Shown piece by piece: positions 47,930 to 61,163 of a stretch of 64,000 nucleotides of DNA (positions are counted from its first letter, which is position 1; every line of letters begins with the position of its first letter). The stretch comes from Amoebophrya sp. A120. Its lineage: Eukaryota > Protista > Dinoflagellata. A program made the position numbers and the translations under genes. The notes under the pieces were generated by a model. It saw only the letters and a program-made list of their open reading frames with translations. It did no database searches and was not told the origin of the DNA. The stretch is taken from the NCBI GenBank assembly GCA_905178155.1, contig CAJINV010000021.1:160360-224359 (forward strand), written 5' to 3'.

Positions 47930-50900
47930 ATGACTGTCCACTCCGTCGTAAATTTGATTCAGGCCGCGGCAGACCGCAGTCCGGACCATCCAGCCCTGCG
48001 GTACGTCGTGCGCGACGGGGAAAAAGATCCACTACCATGTGCTGAACCGCCAGGCGAATCCTCTATCGCTCGCGGTGAGCAGAACCACCTAGCCGTATCT
48101 GCATCACCGACGAGCACAACCAGCGGCACGTCCTCTTCCTCCTCTTCCAAGCGCCCCTCTTCGTCTTCGACGTATAGCTACAGGATCCGCAACCTTAGTT
48201 ACGCTCCCTTCTGGACCAGTTGTCAACGAGTCGCGGACTTTCTCAAGAGTTCTTGTACAAGAATTCCGCCAGAACAAGCAGTAGAGCGAGTACTACAGCA
48301 GCGGGAAGTAGGCGCCGCTCTTGAAGACGGGCCTTCTCGCTGCAACCGAAAGCACGACACAAGATGTCAGAAAATCGCCCTCGTCGCGATTCCGGACTGC
48401 GGCCCGGTCTTGTCGATTGCGCAAGTCGCGGTTCTCCACGCAGAGATGATTTTGGTGCACGCTGACCCGGGGGATCCGCGATTTTTTGACATTGTGCAAG
48501 ACTGCGCGCCAGATTTTCTCCTAGTTGCGGGGTGGGACGGTGTTGTACCGCGAGACACCAAAAGCAAAAGTCCGAATAGCCCCTTTTCCAGACTACTAGT
48601 AGAGAAGACCAACACCAAAATTGTGGACGTCTCTGGAGTTCTGTTAGCACCAGCGCAAGAACAACTGGAGTCGCCAACGGGAAGTGACCTTCACGCAGAG
48701 CAAGATCATGTTGTGTTGACACCAGTACACAAGAAGAACGCGATGAGTCAAGATCTTTTCTCGCACATCTACTACACTAGCGGGTCGACCGGCAAACCCA
48801 AGGGCTGCTTGCTGAGGCAAAGCGCGGTGCTGAACTACAGCCTGGCGAAGAACCACGTACACGAAGTCGATAACTCCGCCGTCGTTCTTCTCCTTTCCAG
48901 TTGCACTTTCGACCCCCACCTCGGGGACACCCTCGCGACGTTGGCGGCTGGGGGCACGTTGGTAGTACCAAGGAAAAACGTAGCGGAGAGCTTTCTGGCG
49001 GGCGGGGATTCGGATTTTATGCCGTCTCGGCCGGGACAAGACGGCGGGGTGACAAAGACACTTGCTGGTTCGTCGAGCGCAAGTAACGCTAAAAAGAATG
49101 GAGAAAAAAACTATGTCACCAGAACTCCTCTGTTGACGAAGTTCGAAGAGGTCATTCTCTCGGGCTGCAAGGTGACGCACTGCCAAACCACACCGAGTCT
49201 GTGGCAGAGCCTGGTGGGTGGAACAACTTCTATCGCTTCAGGAATATTGGACACCACTTGTGAACAAGACGACCAAAGAACCGCGTACCAGCTTCACACC
49301 CTGGCACTGGGCGGCGAGTCGATGGCGCGGTTCTGGCCGATAAATGGTTGCTACAAGAACTTACTGAACACCTACGGGGTTACGGAGTGCTACTGCTACC
49401 AAACCTTCAAGAGGGTGGAAAGGCTACGGGACACCGGGTTCATCGGCGAGCCGTTTCCGGGGAATGCCGTGGAATTGTGGGAAAGACAGGATGACGTTGA
49501 CGATGAAGACGCGAAGAACGCTAGTAGCACTGATGGCGATCGATTGAAGTCTTCCCGTTCTCCTTTTGTCAGAAGAAGCATGATGAACAACAACAGGTTG
49601 AAAATAGCAAAGGAACAAGCTGAAAGTCACACGAAAAATTCCCTTTCTATCGGGCCGCGTTCTTGTTCGGACGCGGAAGAGAAAACCGCCGAAAATCTTC
49701 AAAAAGCGTCTCTCCCATCGCCGCGCTTGGAGATCGTGATTGGCGGGAAGCAGGTTGGCGAGTACTTTCGTCCAGAGGTGCTGCAGCCAACTACGGAAGG
49801 GGAAGAAGAGCCACAATCACAATCACAACCATGTGGCCGTGAAGAAGCAACCTCCTCGAGCGACTTTCTTGACATGATGGACAAAAGTCTCTTCTACCGC
49901 ACCGGCGACGCAGGAGAAAGAGTGGAAGTAGTTGATGACAATGATGGAGATCATTATACTGACTTCGCAAGAAAAGGAAAAGCAGTAAAATCCGAAATCC
50001 GCATTCGCGGGCGGCTCGACTGGCAGGTAAAACTGGGCGGCGTTCGCGTAGAACTGGAAGAAATCGAAGCGCGATTGGCAAAAAGTACGGTGTTGACAAA
50101 GCTGTTCAAGCTGCTCACCTGTGTGGTGGTACCGACAGAAGGGGTCAGCACAAGAACTTTGCCAGCAGCTAGCGCTACTACAATAGGCAGTGGCGGGGGA
50201 GCGAATGCCGTGCAACCAAGCACAGCTTCTGTCTCATCGCCGGGAGCAGGGGACTACACCTTAGCTCTGTGTTTGACGTTGCAGCCGGGGGCCGCCGATC
50301 CTTCTACAAAGAACGACTTCGACTCCCAAGATCGCTCCCCCAGTGGCGTTCTTGCAGCATCATCTCGTTTCCAGGACCTCTTGAGCCACGTTGTCCGGAC
50401 TGAAGCGGGTAAAAATTTACCGGCAAAATGGATTCCGAAGGCCATTTTCCTCCTTGACGCGATGCCGGTCACATCCAATGGAAAAGTGGACCGGAAGGGC
50501 CTGCAGAAAAAAGTTGTGGAGAGAAGACAAAACAGCTCTACTGCGTCCTTGCCGACGGAAACTGGGCGGTGCTGGCCAAACGATCTTCCAAGCCGCGACG
50601 GTGAACAAGAAGACCAGAGCGATGAGAATGCCAGTGATATCGCCCACCACGACGGCGACAACTTATCGAAAACCAAAACCGAGCGCCTTATCGCGACCAT
50701 TTGGAAAGAGGAGCTAGGCGTTTTCTCCATCCACCGCGAGGACAACTTCTTCCTGCTTGGCGGCGACAGCTTGGCGGCCTTGCGGGTGTGTCGCCGGATC
50801 ATTGGCTTGGTGTGTCCCGTATCAAATGTAAAAATGTCTGGGTCTGGAATATTGCGAGATTTGTCATGCTGTTTTTCCATGACCCATGAGGTCTGGAATG

Positions 50901-52921
50901 CAGGACCTAGCATGACAGACTCTGCGAGACCTTTCTAATGCCTATCCTGCATGAGAAACTATCTCCCGACTTGGTCAAAACTGGACGACTTTTGGTAATC
51001 ATGCAACACAGACTTTTGCACGATTCGGATTTAGCATGACAAGTTGCAATCTTCCAGACCCAGACATTTTTGCAATGCATATCCCGTGAAGGACGGACAG
51101 GAGGAGGAGAATGTCGTGGACGAATTCGGCACGATTTTTCAGGTATCAAATGTAAAAATGTCTGGGTCTGGAAGAATCCAACTTGTCATGCTGATTTTGG
51201 ATTCTAAAAAAATCTGTATTGCGTGAGCAGCAAAGAGAGTCCAAGTTTTGCTACACGGAAAGAGCGTTTGTCATGCGGTATAGGCATCAGGAAGCCCTCG
51301 CAAAATCTGTGATGCTAGGGCATGCACCACAGACATCAGGAGTCATGCAAAATGTGCATGACAAACCTGGCAATCTTCCAGACCCAGACATTTTTACATT
51401 TGATATCAGAAGGAGCTGACGGTGAAATTTTTGTGCGAGAACCCCGTGTTGCGGGAGTACGCGAAACGGTTGGAAGGGGTGTTAGTAGCTCGTGGCGAGG
51501 AAGGCCGCGATGGGGAACTGGATGAAACAAATCAGGCCGAAAATCGTGCTGAGATGAGAGAATTACTCGCTGGAATGAGCAAGGAACAGCAACAGACAGA
51601 AGCCGGCACTGCTAGTATTAAAAAAGCGCCATCAAAAACACGGCCAGCGGTTGCCAACAACGACCATGTAACGTCCTGGCTGTCCTCACCCCGGAAGGAC
51701 GAGTTGCTGCAGACTGCGGTGTACTTCAACCTGACGAATTTTGTCGAGGCACTGCTGGAACAGGAGGAGAAGCAAGACGCTGATAATTCACAGCGCCCTG
51801 GTTCTGTCGCGGCGCACGCACATCTTCCTGAAACCTTGCCCGCGAATACGGCAACGAGTTGCACATCGTATGACACGGCAACAAAGAGAATTGAAGCCAC
51901 TCCAGCTCCTTCCACTTCAGCGACAACATTGACTCCACCTTCAACCACTCGTCCCACCTTCTTCCCCAAAACCCGAGCTGCAAGCGAAACAGTAGCTGCA
52001 GAAACTGAAAGAACAGAAGTTGTCCCACCCCCACCACCACCAGCCTCTCGTCGTCTAAAACGCGAGCCCTCCACCACCCCGCTGCACGTCGCCGCCCAGC
52101 AGGGGTATCGGGAGATAGTAAGGGTATTGCTCGCGGATCCGAGAACGAAGAAAATGCGCACGCATGTGGATAAGAACGGGGCGCTGCCGCTGCATTTCAG
52201 CGCGGATAAAGAGATTCTGAGGGACTTGCTGGTCGAGGATAGTACTGCTGCTGTTGCAGCCACTCCGAGGTCTGCAATAAATCGCCATCCAGATCGAGAT
52301 CATGAAAAATCTTCGCACCCTACCGAACAAGGTAAGACCGGGGAAAAAGCAAAAGTACAAACTTCTACCCCGCCACCCAGCAAAACCTCCCTCCTCACAG
52401 CGCGGGACAAAAACCGGCAGACGTTGCTGCATTTTCTGGCTCGGAGAGGTGACGCGGAAACGCTGGAAGCTGTTTTGTTTGGAGATCATAACAGGCAGAT
52501 GGCCGGCGGGAAAAACATCATTGCTTCACCGGCGGCCACTGTTGCGACAAGCTCCTTGAAGAAGACAGCTCCCGCCGCAGCTCTTGCAGCACCATCGCTA
52601 CAACTTCCTAGCAAAGTAAATCCGAGCGACGAAGTTGTAGACGACGCAGATCCCCTCCTCTGGCCCGAAAAGACCCTCCACTACTTCACCTCCCGCGTCG
52701 ATTGGCGGGATAAGTGGCACCGAACGCCGTTGAGCTGGGCGATTTTGAACCACCAGGAGGCTTGTGTCCGATTGCTACTGAAAGCCGGCGCGTGCGTGCA
52801 CGGGAAGATTAAGGATAGGAAGCATGCGAAGGAGAGCCATTTGGTGAATGAATCGCCGGCGGAACTGGCGGAACGGGTCGGGTTTGACTTGGAGAAGGTG
52901 ATGTTGGAGATGAGGTTGTAA
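47930..52921 (+). CDS. NRPS-like protein: adenylation domain, carrier (PCP) domain and ankyrin repeats; join(47930..50819,51087..51143,51411..52921)
   Basis: A-domain motifs YTSGSTGKPKG, FD, LGGE, NTYGVTE, YRTGD, GRLDWQVKLGGVRVELEEIE and PVTSNGKVDRKGL. PCP motif NFFLLGGDSL. Ankyrin motifs TPLHVAA, LPLH, TLLHFLA and RTPLSWA. Confidence 0.9.
50820..51081. mobile_element. Introner family A, reverse orientation (262 nt), TSD TCCCG
   Basis: Its reverse complement closely matches 62151-62412. Confidence 0.93.
51144..51405. mobile_element. Introner family A (262 nt), TSD TCAGG/TCAGA
   Basis: About 10 differences from 58111-58372 by eye. The TSD also creates GT-AG ends (51143-51409). Confidence 0.93.
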
Positions 52922-53627
52922 GGAAGACGCTTAGCAGAACTGGTTCAAGGTATGCACCAAGGCATCTGCTCTTTATCAATGCAAGTCGTCCGAACCAGAC
53001 GGATGAGATCTACGAACCTCACGTGACAAGGAAGACGAAGCAGAGGACGATCAATCTACACCTGCCACAAATTTATATGACTGCTCTGCAAGAAGTGCTC
53101 GAATACTTTTAATAAGTAAGTGTTTTCTTCTTGGTTGTAGGATCAGGACCCAGTTTACTTGAAGTTTGCCGCATCGTGAGAGTGGGGGTCCTTTCTCCAC
53201 CGCAACAGGCGGGGCAAAAAACTCTCACAAGTCGGATCTCGTTGTAAAGAAAGGTTGTTCATCACCCGTATTGTACTTTAAGTTTGTTTTTATTCGTTGC
53301 AGTGTATTTCGATTTCGAATCTTGAAGATCATTGTACTATACTTCATGGACGTGTATAGTTCATCAAGATGATCTGTTTTGGTCTTTGATTTTCATTTCT
53401 GACAACAGTCACTCGCTCGCCTAAAGAAGCGAGCACAGAATTGATTTTCATTTCTGAGTCGTTTTTTTTTTGTTCTTGCTTTCAGATTTGATTTTTCATT
53501 TTTACCCACAAACAATACGCAGATCGAGCAGCTCGTGGATGAAGCCCTTTTATGGTGACAAGTTCTCCGGGATCATTCTCTTTCCGATCGGCAGAGCATG
53601 TATTGTCCAAATTTTCCGTCCGCCTGA

Positions 53628-56600
53628 ATGTCAATGGAGCCCAGCGAAGAGAGCAGTGTCTCTCCGACCATAAAGTTAAAGATGTCTCCGGTCAGCATGG
53701 CAGATCAAAAGACATCTCCTTCAAAGTGTGTTGCAGCTGACAGCACACCACGACCTCGGTCGTGTTCAACGAAACCGTCCTGCACAGCGTCCTCCTGTAG
53801 TTTCTCCTCCGTCTCCTGCTTCTTCCTGTTCGCCGTCGCGGTCACCAGCTCGCTGATTATCCCGGTCACCGAAATGCTCCGCGAACGGCACGTGAACGGC
53901 TTCTGGACGTTCCTCACCCCCGTTTCCTCCGGACCAGACGCCCGGCACTGCGCGCCGGACGAGTACTGGTGGCGCGATGGCGGGGCGGCAAAGGCGCGGG
54001 CGGTGTGCATCCCGGGGCCGGAATTTCGACTGCAACATGTTCGTATGGACGTGGATCAGGGCAGTTTTGGTCGCCGAGGAGACCCACGGGGAGGCCGCCA
54101 TGTTGTCGACCGTCCGTCCGCCCAAGAACATGATCTCGCCGCGAAGACAGGACACGCCCTGATACTTGCATCCCGAGGGTTCGTCAAAGTATTTTGTTTT
54201 CGTTTCAAGTTCGTTGTACTAGGTTCAGGTTCTCGTCGTTGTTTTAGTTCTTTGTCTTTCCTTTTTCTGTGAAACATCAAAATGAGAACTGACCATTTCC
54301 CTTGGACTTGGTGCTACAGGTTGGGCAGCTGCTTCCCAGTCTAATTCGATTCCCTCAATAACTGTTACGTGGTTGACGCATGATAATGATTGCCGAGAGT
54401 TAACATCACGCTTGCCACAACTCACAATAACAGCGAGTCGATGCCGACGCCGGCGCTCGGAAAGAACTTCGTCGAGAACCCGTGTCCGCTCTGGGTCGAC
54501 CGGCAGGGGTCCGGTCTGGAGGTCCCGGTCGTCCGAGGTACGCGTCATCATGGACATAACCCTCATGAGCCAGGTTCAACGGGCAGTGGCACTCAGACCC
54601 CCGCTTCGCTACCGTTTCTGGCATCCGGAGGAACGGCTATACATAACATGCCTGCGGCTGCAAACGGAAGTGTTGCAAGTGTTAGCGTGGCGGATGATCA
54701 TGACCGTGATATTATCCAGAACCATTTGCCGCGAATCGAGTGGACGCGAGGCGTTTGCCGCCCATCGCGACTAGCGAACCTTCCGGGACCGCTAGCGAAT
54801 CTCTGCCTGCGCGTAAAGAAGCCGCAGCCTCCACGCTATTGCAGACTGAAAGCAGAGTTTGCGAAGTACTGCGATGCGGACGCGCATTTTCGTCCAGGTG
54901 CAAGGGCGAACCAGCAGAGAACCCTCATGTTCAGTCCTACGCCGCAGGCACAAGGAGAAGGCGCCTCGGATGAAAACGCAGCTGTGGAGCTGCAAGAGTC
55001 TCACCGAACCGGTACGGTAGAGACGGAGGAGGGGCGCGCCGGCATTTTCTACAGGCCACAGCGCAGCAGAATCGTCCGCCGCTCGGAGCCAGCTCGGAGG
55101 ACAACGGCATTGCCACTGGACCGAAGACATGCGCCCGAAATGGATCGCCTGAGTGACAGTTTTCCTGTTCTGTGCTACGGGCGTCTTGAAGAAAGGCAAG
55201 TTGGTGTCACCTTTGCGGCCACCCCGAACCGAAAAACTGTGAAAAACGAGTTTCCACCCTCGACCACGGCCGCGACGAAGCCGATTCGGTTATTTGACAC
55301 CCCGTGGTGGCCGGCGAAGTATAAGCGGCTACTCAACGACGGAGTCAGTATGGGAACCTTTGTATTAGACCGACTCTTGAACGGCGGTCTCCCTTCGTGG
55401 CTGGCACCGGTTTCGGCTGATGTGCAGCATGTCTTCGGGCACGACTTTGAAGTGCAAGAACCGCATTCGTGGGCGCGGGATTTGTACCTGATGGTTGACT
55501 CCGGAAGCCGCAACGAATACTTCGCGGAACACGCAGACAAAGAGATCATGCGCGGCCATGGGGCCAGTCGCTTGCACACCCGCTTCTCCCTGTCGCACGC
55601 GCAAGAGCAGCAATACTGCGTCCAGAATGAAAAAGAGCAAAGGGAAAACGATCTGCAGATGAGTTTGAGTGGCACGAGACAATCGTCCGCCCAACAATGT
55701 TCGACGCAGACACACGATTTCAGCGGCCACCCTGACCACCCGGAGTTCGAACTGAACGACTTACAGCTGGAGTTCAACACGCTCTTTTTCATCATTCTCG
55801 ACCCGGTAAAACTTTCCTACCACCGCATCCTATTACTCGGACTGGGCCTGACGCTCCTCACCAACGTGCTGATTGTCACGTGTTTGTCGTCTATCCTTTT
55901 AGTTTTACTTCTCACAGGGTGCTTCCTGCTGGTCGTCGTGTACGGGTATGTAAATTTCGGCTTGTTGTATGTCACCGGGGCGTTCTTCGGCGGGCCGGAA
56001 AAAACGACGATGACGACTGTGACTCAACAAAACCAAGGCGGTGGAGGTGCAGAAGGACCTGCTCAACATCTTGGGGTCATGATCACGCAGCACATGTGCG
56101 AGGTCGTTCAGGACATCACCATTCCCAACACTGCACCAATTGCCGCCGCAGCGAGTGGGAGTGCTGCCAGCCAGCAGCAAGACAGCCTCCATCCACGCAC
56201 AGATCTCCGTTCCCGTGTCCACGACCATTTCTGCAACACCTTCTACATTCCCGGAGGGCCGCACATGCGATCGGTGCAAGTGATCGTCTTCGTTCTGGTT
56301 TTCCTCGCCACAACCGCACTACTTCTTCGCGTTTTCCGCTACCGAAAGAGCGGCGTGTTGGCGCTACGACTCCTCGAGGCAAGTACGTTTGTGTTCTACC
56401 GGGTGCCGGGATTGCTGTTCGTCGCACCGGTAACCGCGGTGTGCACGGGGGTGTTCTGTTTGGCATTGTATGGCGTCGCGTTGTTTTCCGTCTGGATGGT
56501 GCCGGATGAGTACTTTATGCTAGGAGGGGACGGCACAGCACAAGGGCAAAATGACGTCACAAACTCAATAGGGAGATCACAAGTTGATGCTGCAACGAGC

Positions 56601-59312
56601 ACCCCCAGCGTCCTCCTCACAGTCTTCGCCTCCGTCCTTACCGGTATCCTGCACGCTTTGACGTTACCGATCCGGGCGATTTTACCAAGCGCTGTCTGGA
56701 CCTACTACTACCTGGAATCCTCGAAAATTTTTCTGCTCCGGCTCCTCGCGTGCTTGCTCTTGATCGGGTGCTACGAGTGGTTGCGGAGCTTTCTGCACGG
56801 AGTGACCACAACCGCGGTGGCGGACAGCGTGATCGAGTTTTTCTATCTTGAGGGAGGGGGTGGCCGTGATGTCGCAGAGGGGTGGGAAGATCAAAATTAT
56901 AGTCCGGGGAAAGGACAAAGCGAAAGGGAGATCAAACCCGGGGTGTCCGGTCGTGGCGGCGCTACTACCTCGACTAATCCCTTCAGCCCTGCAATGAGAA
57001 AGGCGCGGCCAGTAGCAGTAGCAGGCGGAGGGAACGTGAAGAATGACGTGAACAGCGGTCCTAGCGCAGTACCCTTGGTACTGGCACAGCAAGGGACCAC
57101 GATGAACAGTGGCCCGGCTGAGGTTATAGAAGATGAAGATCCCGCAGGAGAGTCTGAAGACGAGGGCGACCCTGACGACCCCGAGCAGGTCCAGAATTCT
57201 GGGTCTTGCGATGAATCTGATGAAGAAAATTACCTCATTTCGTCTCCAGTTCCACCGTCACGACCTCCAACAAAACGGACACTACCGACAGATGCAGCTG
57301 CTATACCGACGACGTCAAAAGTTCTGTTCTACAAAACCAAATTCATCCAAACATTGAAATCCTTTGCGCACGACGTCAGACTCGCTCTAGACAGAACCGA
57401 GAAAAAACTCCATCATTTCCACACGACCCACCTGAAGCCGATCCTTCTCCTTCTTGCACAGAAAATCCTCCAAACCTTCCAGTTTTTCCCCATTACTTGG
57501 CTGAAAACCGGTTTTCGCTTTTCCGGCGTGCTCGCGATTGGCGCGTTTCTGCACTCCTTCTACTGGATGTTCCAGGCGCTCGTTTGGGCGGACTGGACCG
57601 GGCAGATCGCAAGGCAGAATCATTTTATCCTCCTCACGCTCGCGTTGGTGCCGGTGAGCAAAGTGTACGTCTACGTCGCCTTGGACAAACAGAACTCGTT
57701 CAGCACGGCCTGCCGGACGATCCTCGCGGTGATTGGCCGCCACCCCTCGCAGTGGGTCATGATGCAGGCGTATGGATTGTAAAAATGTCTGGGTCTGGAA
57801 GATTGCAACTTGTGATGCTATTTTTGGAATCTAAAAAAATCTGTATTGCATGAGCAGCAAGAGGCGTTCAATTTTTGCTCCGCAAAGAGGGCATTTGTAA
57901 TGCGGGATAGGCATCAAGATACCCGCAAAAAATCTGTCATGCTAGGTCATGCATTACAGGCATCATAGCTCATGCGAAATATGCATGACAAACCCCGAAA
58001 TCTTCCAGATCCAGATATTTTTACAGTTGATAAGGCGGTGCTGACGTGTTTGTATTGTGTGTGCTTTCTGGGCGTGTTCGCCGTCATCGGAATCGCGACC
58101 GCGGTCACGATATCAAATGTAAAAGTGTCTGGGTCTGGAAGAATCCAACTTGTCATGCTGATTTTGGATTCTAAAAAAATCTGTATTGCATGAGCAGCAA
58201 AGAGAGTCCAAGTTTTGCTACACGGAAAGAGCATTTGCCATGCGGTATAGGCATCAGGAAGCCCTCACAAAATCTGTGATGCCAGGGCATGCATCACAGA
58301 CATCAAGAGTCATCCAAAATGTGCATGACAAACCTGGCAATCTTCCAGACCCAGACACTTTTACATTTGATACACGAACCCACTGGAGGACTGCGAGCTG
58401 GAGGAAGGGCACCCACTTGTCGTGGAGTCAAGTTTCACTCGGACGAGTGAAGAGCAGGGGCAACAGATCGACGTTCCACGAAGCCCGACAGATCGTGATA
58501 GGGCAGGAGGAGCTGCACTCGGTGGTGTTGCTCTATCTGGCACGACAAGTACGGACGCCAACTCGACGTCGTGTTTTGAGCTGAACATCGCGAACTTTCT
58601 CAACGTCCCTCGAGTTTTGTTTCAGCAGTGGTTTTGGCCGCCAGGGAGTGAAGATGGTGGAGAAAATCACGGTGGTAGGAACGACGATGGAATAAACGAT
58701 CTAACGACGATGCGTGCTGTATCCTGGGAAGCCTGGCTCGTCGCGAATTTGCAAAGCTTCTACAGCAAGACAAAGACCTCTACTTCCGACGAGGACCGCA
58801 GCTCTCAACTGGAACGCAGTGTGTATCCAATCCTGACGCTTTTCTTGGCGCTTTTCTTCACGTGGGAGATTCTGAAGGTCTACTCGATTGCGGTCGACTC
58901 ACTCTACGTGTGTTGCTTGCGGGTGTACGAACAACAGGGGAAGGACGGGCTGGAGAAGCACTTGTGCGGCGGAGGAGGAGCAGGATGTGGGGTTTGTGGA
59001 GATGATGGAGGTGGAGCTCATGACGTTAATGACGAGAAAACACTTGTCCTTGAAGACGATCCCCCTGAAGAGTCTATGGACAGCTGCGCTCCTCCTGCTC
59101 GGGTCCAGCAACGTTCTTGGTGTGCCGGAATGCGACATGATGCCGCTCCACTCCGTTCTGCCGATCGATTGCATCTGCCAGAGCTGTTCAAAGCCTTCCA
59201 CGCCGTGTTTCGCCACGACGGGTCTGCGCGAAGCCCGAAGGAAGTCGCAGCATGGGAAGTAGACAACTCCAAGGATGTTAAGGCACGGGAAGAGAAGAAA
59301 GAGGTGAGATGA
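53628..59312 (+). CDS. Choline transporter-like (CTL/SLC44/PNS1 family) multi-pass membrane protein; first intron (~54190-54390) unresolved, then ..57770,58038..58110,58378..59312
   Basis: Many TM helices. GVLAIGAF, YVYVAL..NSFSTAC and VYSIAVDSLYVC match CTL C-terminal motifs. Confidence 0.75.
57771..58032. mobile_element. Introner family A (262 nt), TSD AGGCG
   Basis: Family A TIRs; perfect TSD. Confidence 0.93.
58111..58372. mobile_element. Introner family A (262 nt), TSD CACGA
   Basis: Perfect 31-nt TIR; perfect TSD. Confidence 0.94.
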
Positions 59313-59519
59313 AATGGTGACAAACACTAGTCCCACTGCAGGCGCGCCGCGCCCACGACAGGTGGAGCACGACACGACGACCAAAATAGACTCTAAGTGG
59401 TCGCCACAATTCTTTCAACAATAAGATAGAAGATGCAGATGGGATAAAAAAAGATCAAAGAACTACTGGAGATGATCACGACCTGAGCGCGTGCGCGGGG
59501 TCGTGTTGTACTTGTTGTA

Positions 59520-60636
59520 GATCTTATTGCACCAGGGAATGATCGAACTTGAGCTTGTCATGTTGTAATGTCGGTGTTTGTCATGTTGTAATGCGTCATG
59601 CTCTGCTAAGGGAATAACTCGCACCATGTATGATTTTTGTATTTTGTGCGAGCTCTGTCCTCCTATGCAACATGCCTCCTGTCGCCTCCGACATAACTAG
59701 CATGACATTGTGCTTATGCATGATATCTGGGCTGATCACAATTTATAAAATTACCTTCTGACTTGTTGAAACATTTGACCTGCTTGACTTTTTTGGTATA
59801 TCAAAATCTAAATGACAAAACATGGATGTAAAAATTGCAACATCCTGATATGTGAGTTTCTCTCTCTCTCGCTTCGTACTCCGAGAAAAGAGAGACATCT
59901 CGTTTTCGATTTCTCGTCTTCGAGATTATTCGTGTGTCGATTTTGTTCGTGTGTCCGTTACATCAACGAGCGTATCTTCGGTTTTTGTCGATCCCATCAT
60001 TTGATCTCTCTATTTCGATTCTCGATTCTCGATTTCGCTCTCGCTTCGCTCCTCGCGCTCTTCGCTCACATCGACTACCGTTGAGGCTTACCTCCGGTCT
60101 GAGAGTCGTTTTTTGTTTTTAGTTTAGGAACGTCGTCCACATCAGGCGATGTTCCTGCCTTGCTCGTGCGCATACGTACGTAGATCTTTTGGCTTTGGTC
60201 AGAAGGTTTAGGGTCGGAGCGCTCTCAGCACTGCTGAAGCTTTAGAACCAGATGGGAGTGCACACCCGGACGGATCAGAGCAAAAGGCTTTATTAGCGCT
60301 TTTTGAACGTAGATTTTACCTTTACTTCCTTGCTGCTCTTTTGCTTTCCCCGGGCCCTACTGGCACCAAGCAGGGTTTTTTGTGGGTTGGGACATGACAC
60401 CATCCGGTGTCCTATGCGGGTATTTTGCTTGAATAGAATCTTTAGGTCTTACCATGCGGTTTTGTGCACACTCTCTCTGATCAGTTGCGGTTTCCAGTTC
60501 TTCTCCCCTGATTCATCTTCCCGTTTCCGCCCCGGTACCTTCGCCTGCGTCGAAATGGGTTTAGAAGGGTTGAGTGGGTTTTTGGTTTTAGGGTTTTATT
60601 TTGATCTTATTGCACCAGGGAGTGATCGAACTTGAG
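59520..60636. repeat. 34-nt direct repeat (59520-59553, 60603-60636) bracketing ~1.05 kb
   Basis: gatcttattgcaccaggga(a/g)tgatcgaacttgag, 33/34 identical. Confidence 0.85.
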
Positions 60637-61163
60637 ATCTTACTTTTTCTGGTTGAGAATAAAGGAGCAAGAGCATAATTTTCGCCATGCAAGTCCAAGT
60701 ACAACTGAGTCGGAAGTTTAATTTTCTTGAAAACTTCCAAAGTTGATCAGACTTGCAGCTTTGATGTGATCATGTCGCTCATTTGACGTTGTGTAGATTG
60801 ATAGCCTTAGCCAGCAAAATCAGCAGTACTTTCTTCGATACAGTTTGTCACGCTGTCAACGTTCTGCAGTGCTACTTAACACAGTATACGACTTTTGTTG
60901 AACATAGAGTAGACCGTGGCTTCCGTCGGTCCGAGCTGCCAACGAAGAAGTCGCGCAAGAGTCGGTTGTTTCTAGCTCCGAAGTCCGAACTACATCAATG
61001 AGATCATGGTTGACTGCTAACAACTAGTTGCGTCATAAGGGTGAAACTTGACTGACCTCTGTGCAGAACACCTAGTTATCCTACTTGCCACCTTTGTTTC
61101 TGCACGTCATTATTTCAAGTGTACTTGTTAACTACTGTGACAGAAACGAAACTCTAAAGAAAC

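Noticed and set aside
60200-60600. Isolated TTTAGGG units as interstitial telomere
   Set aside because: Single non-tandem units are compatible with chance.
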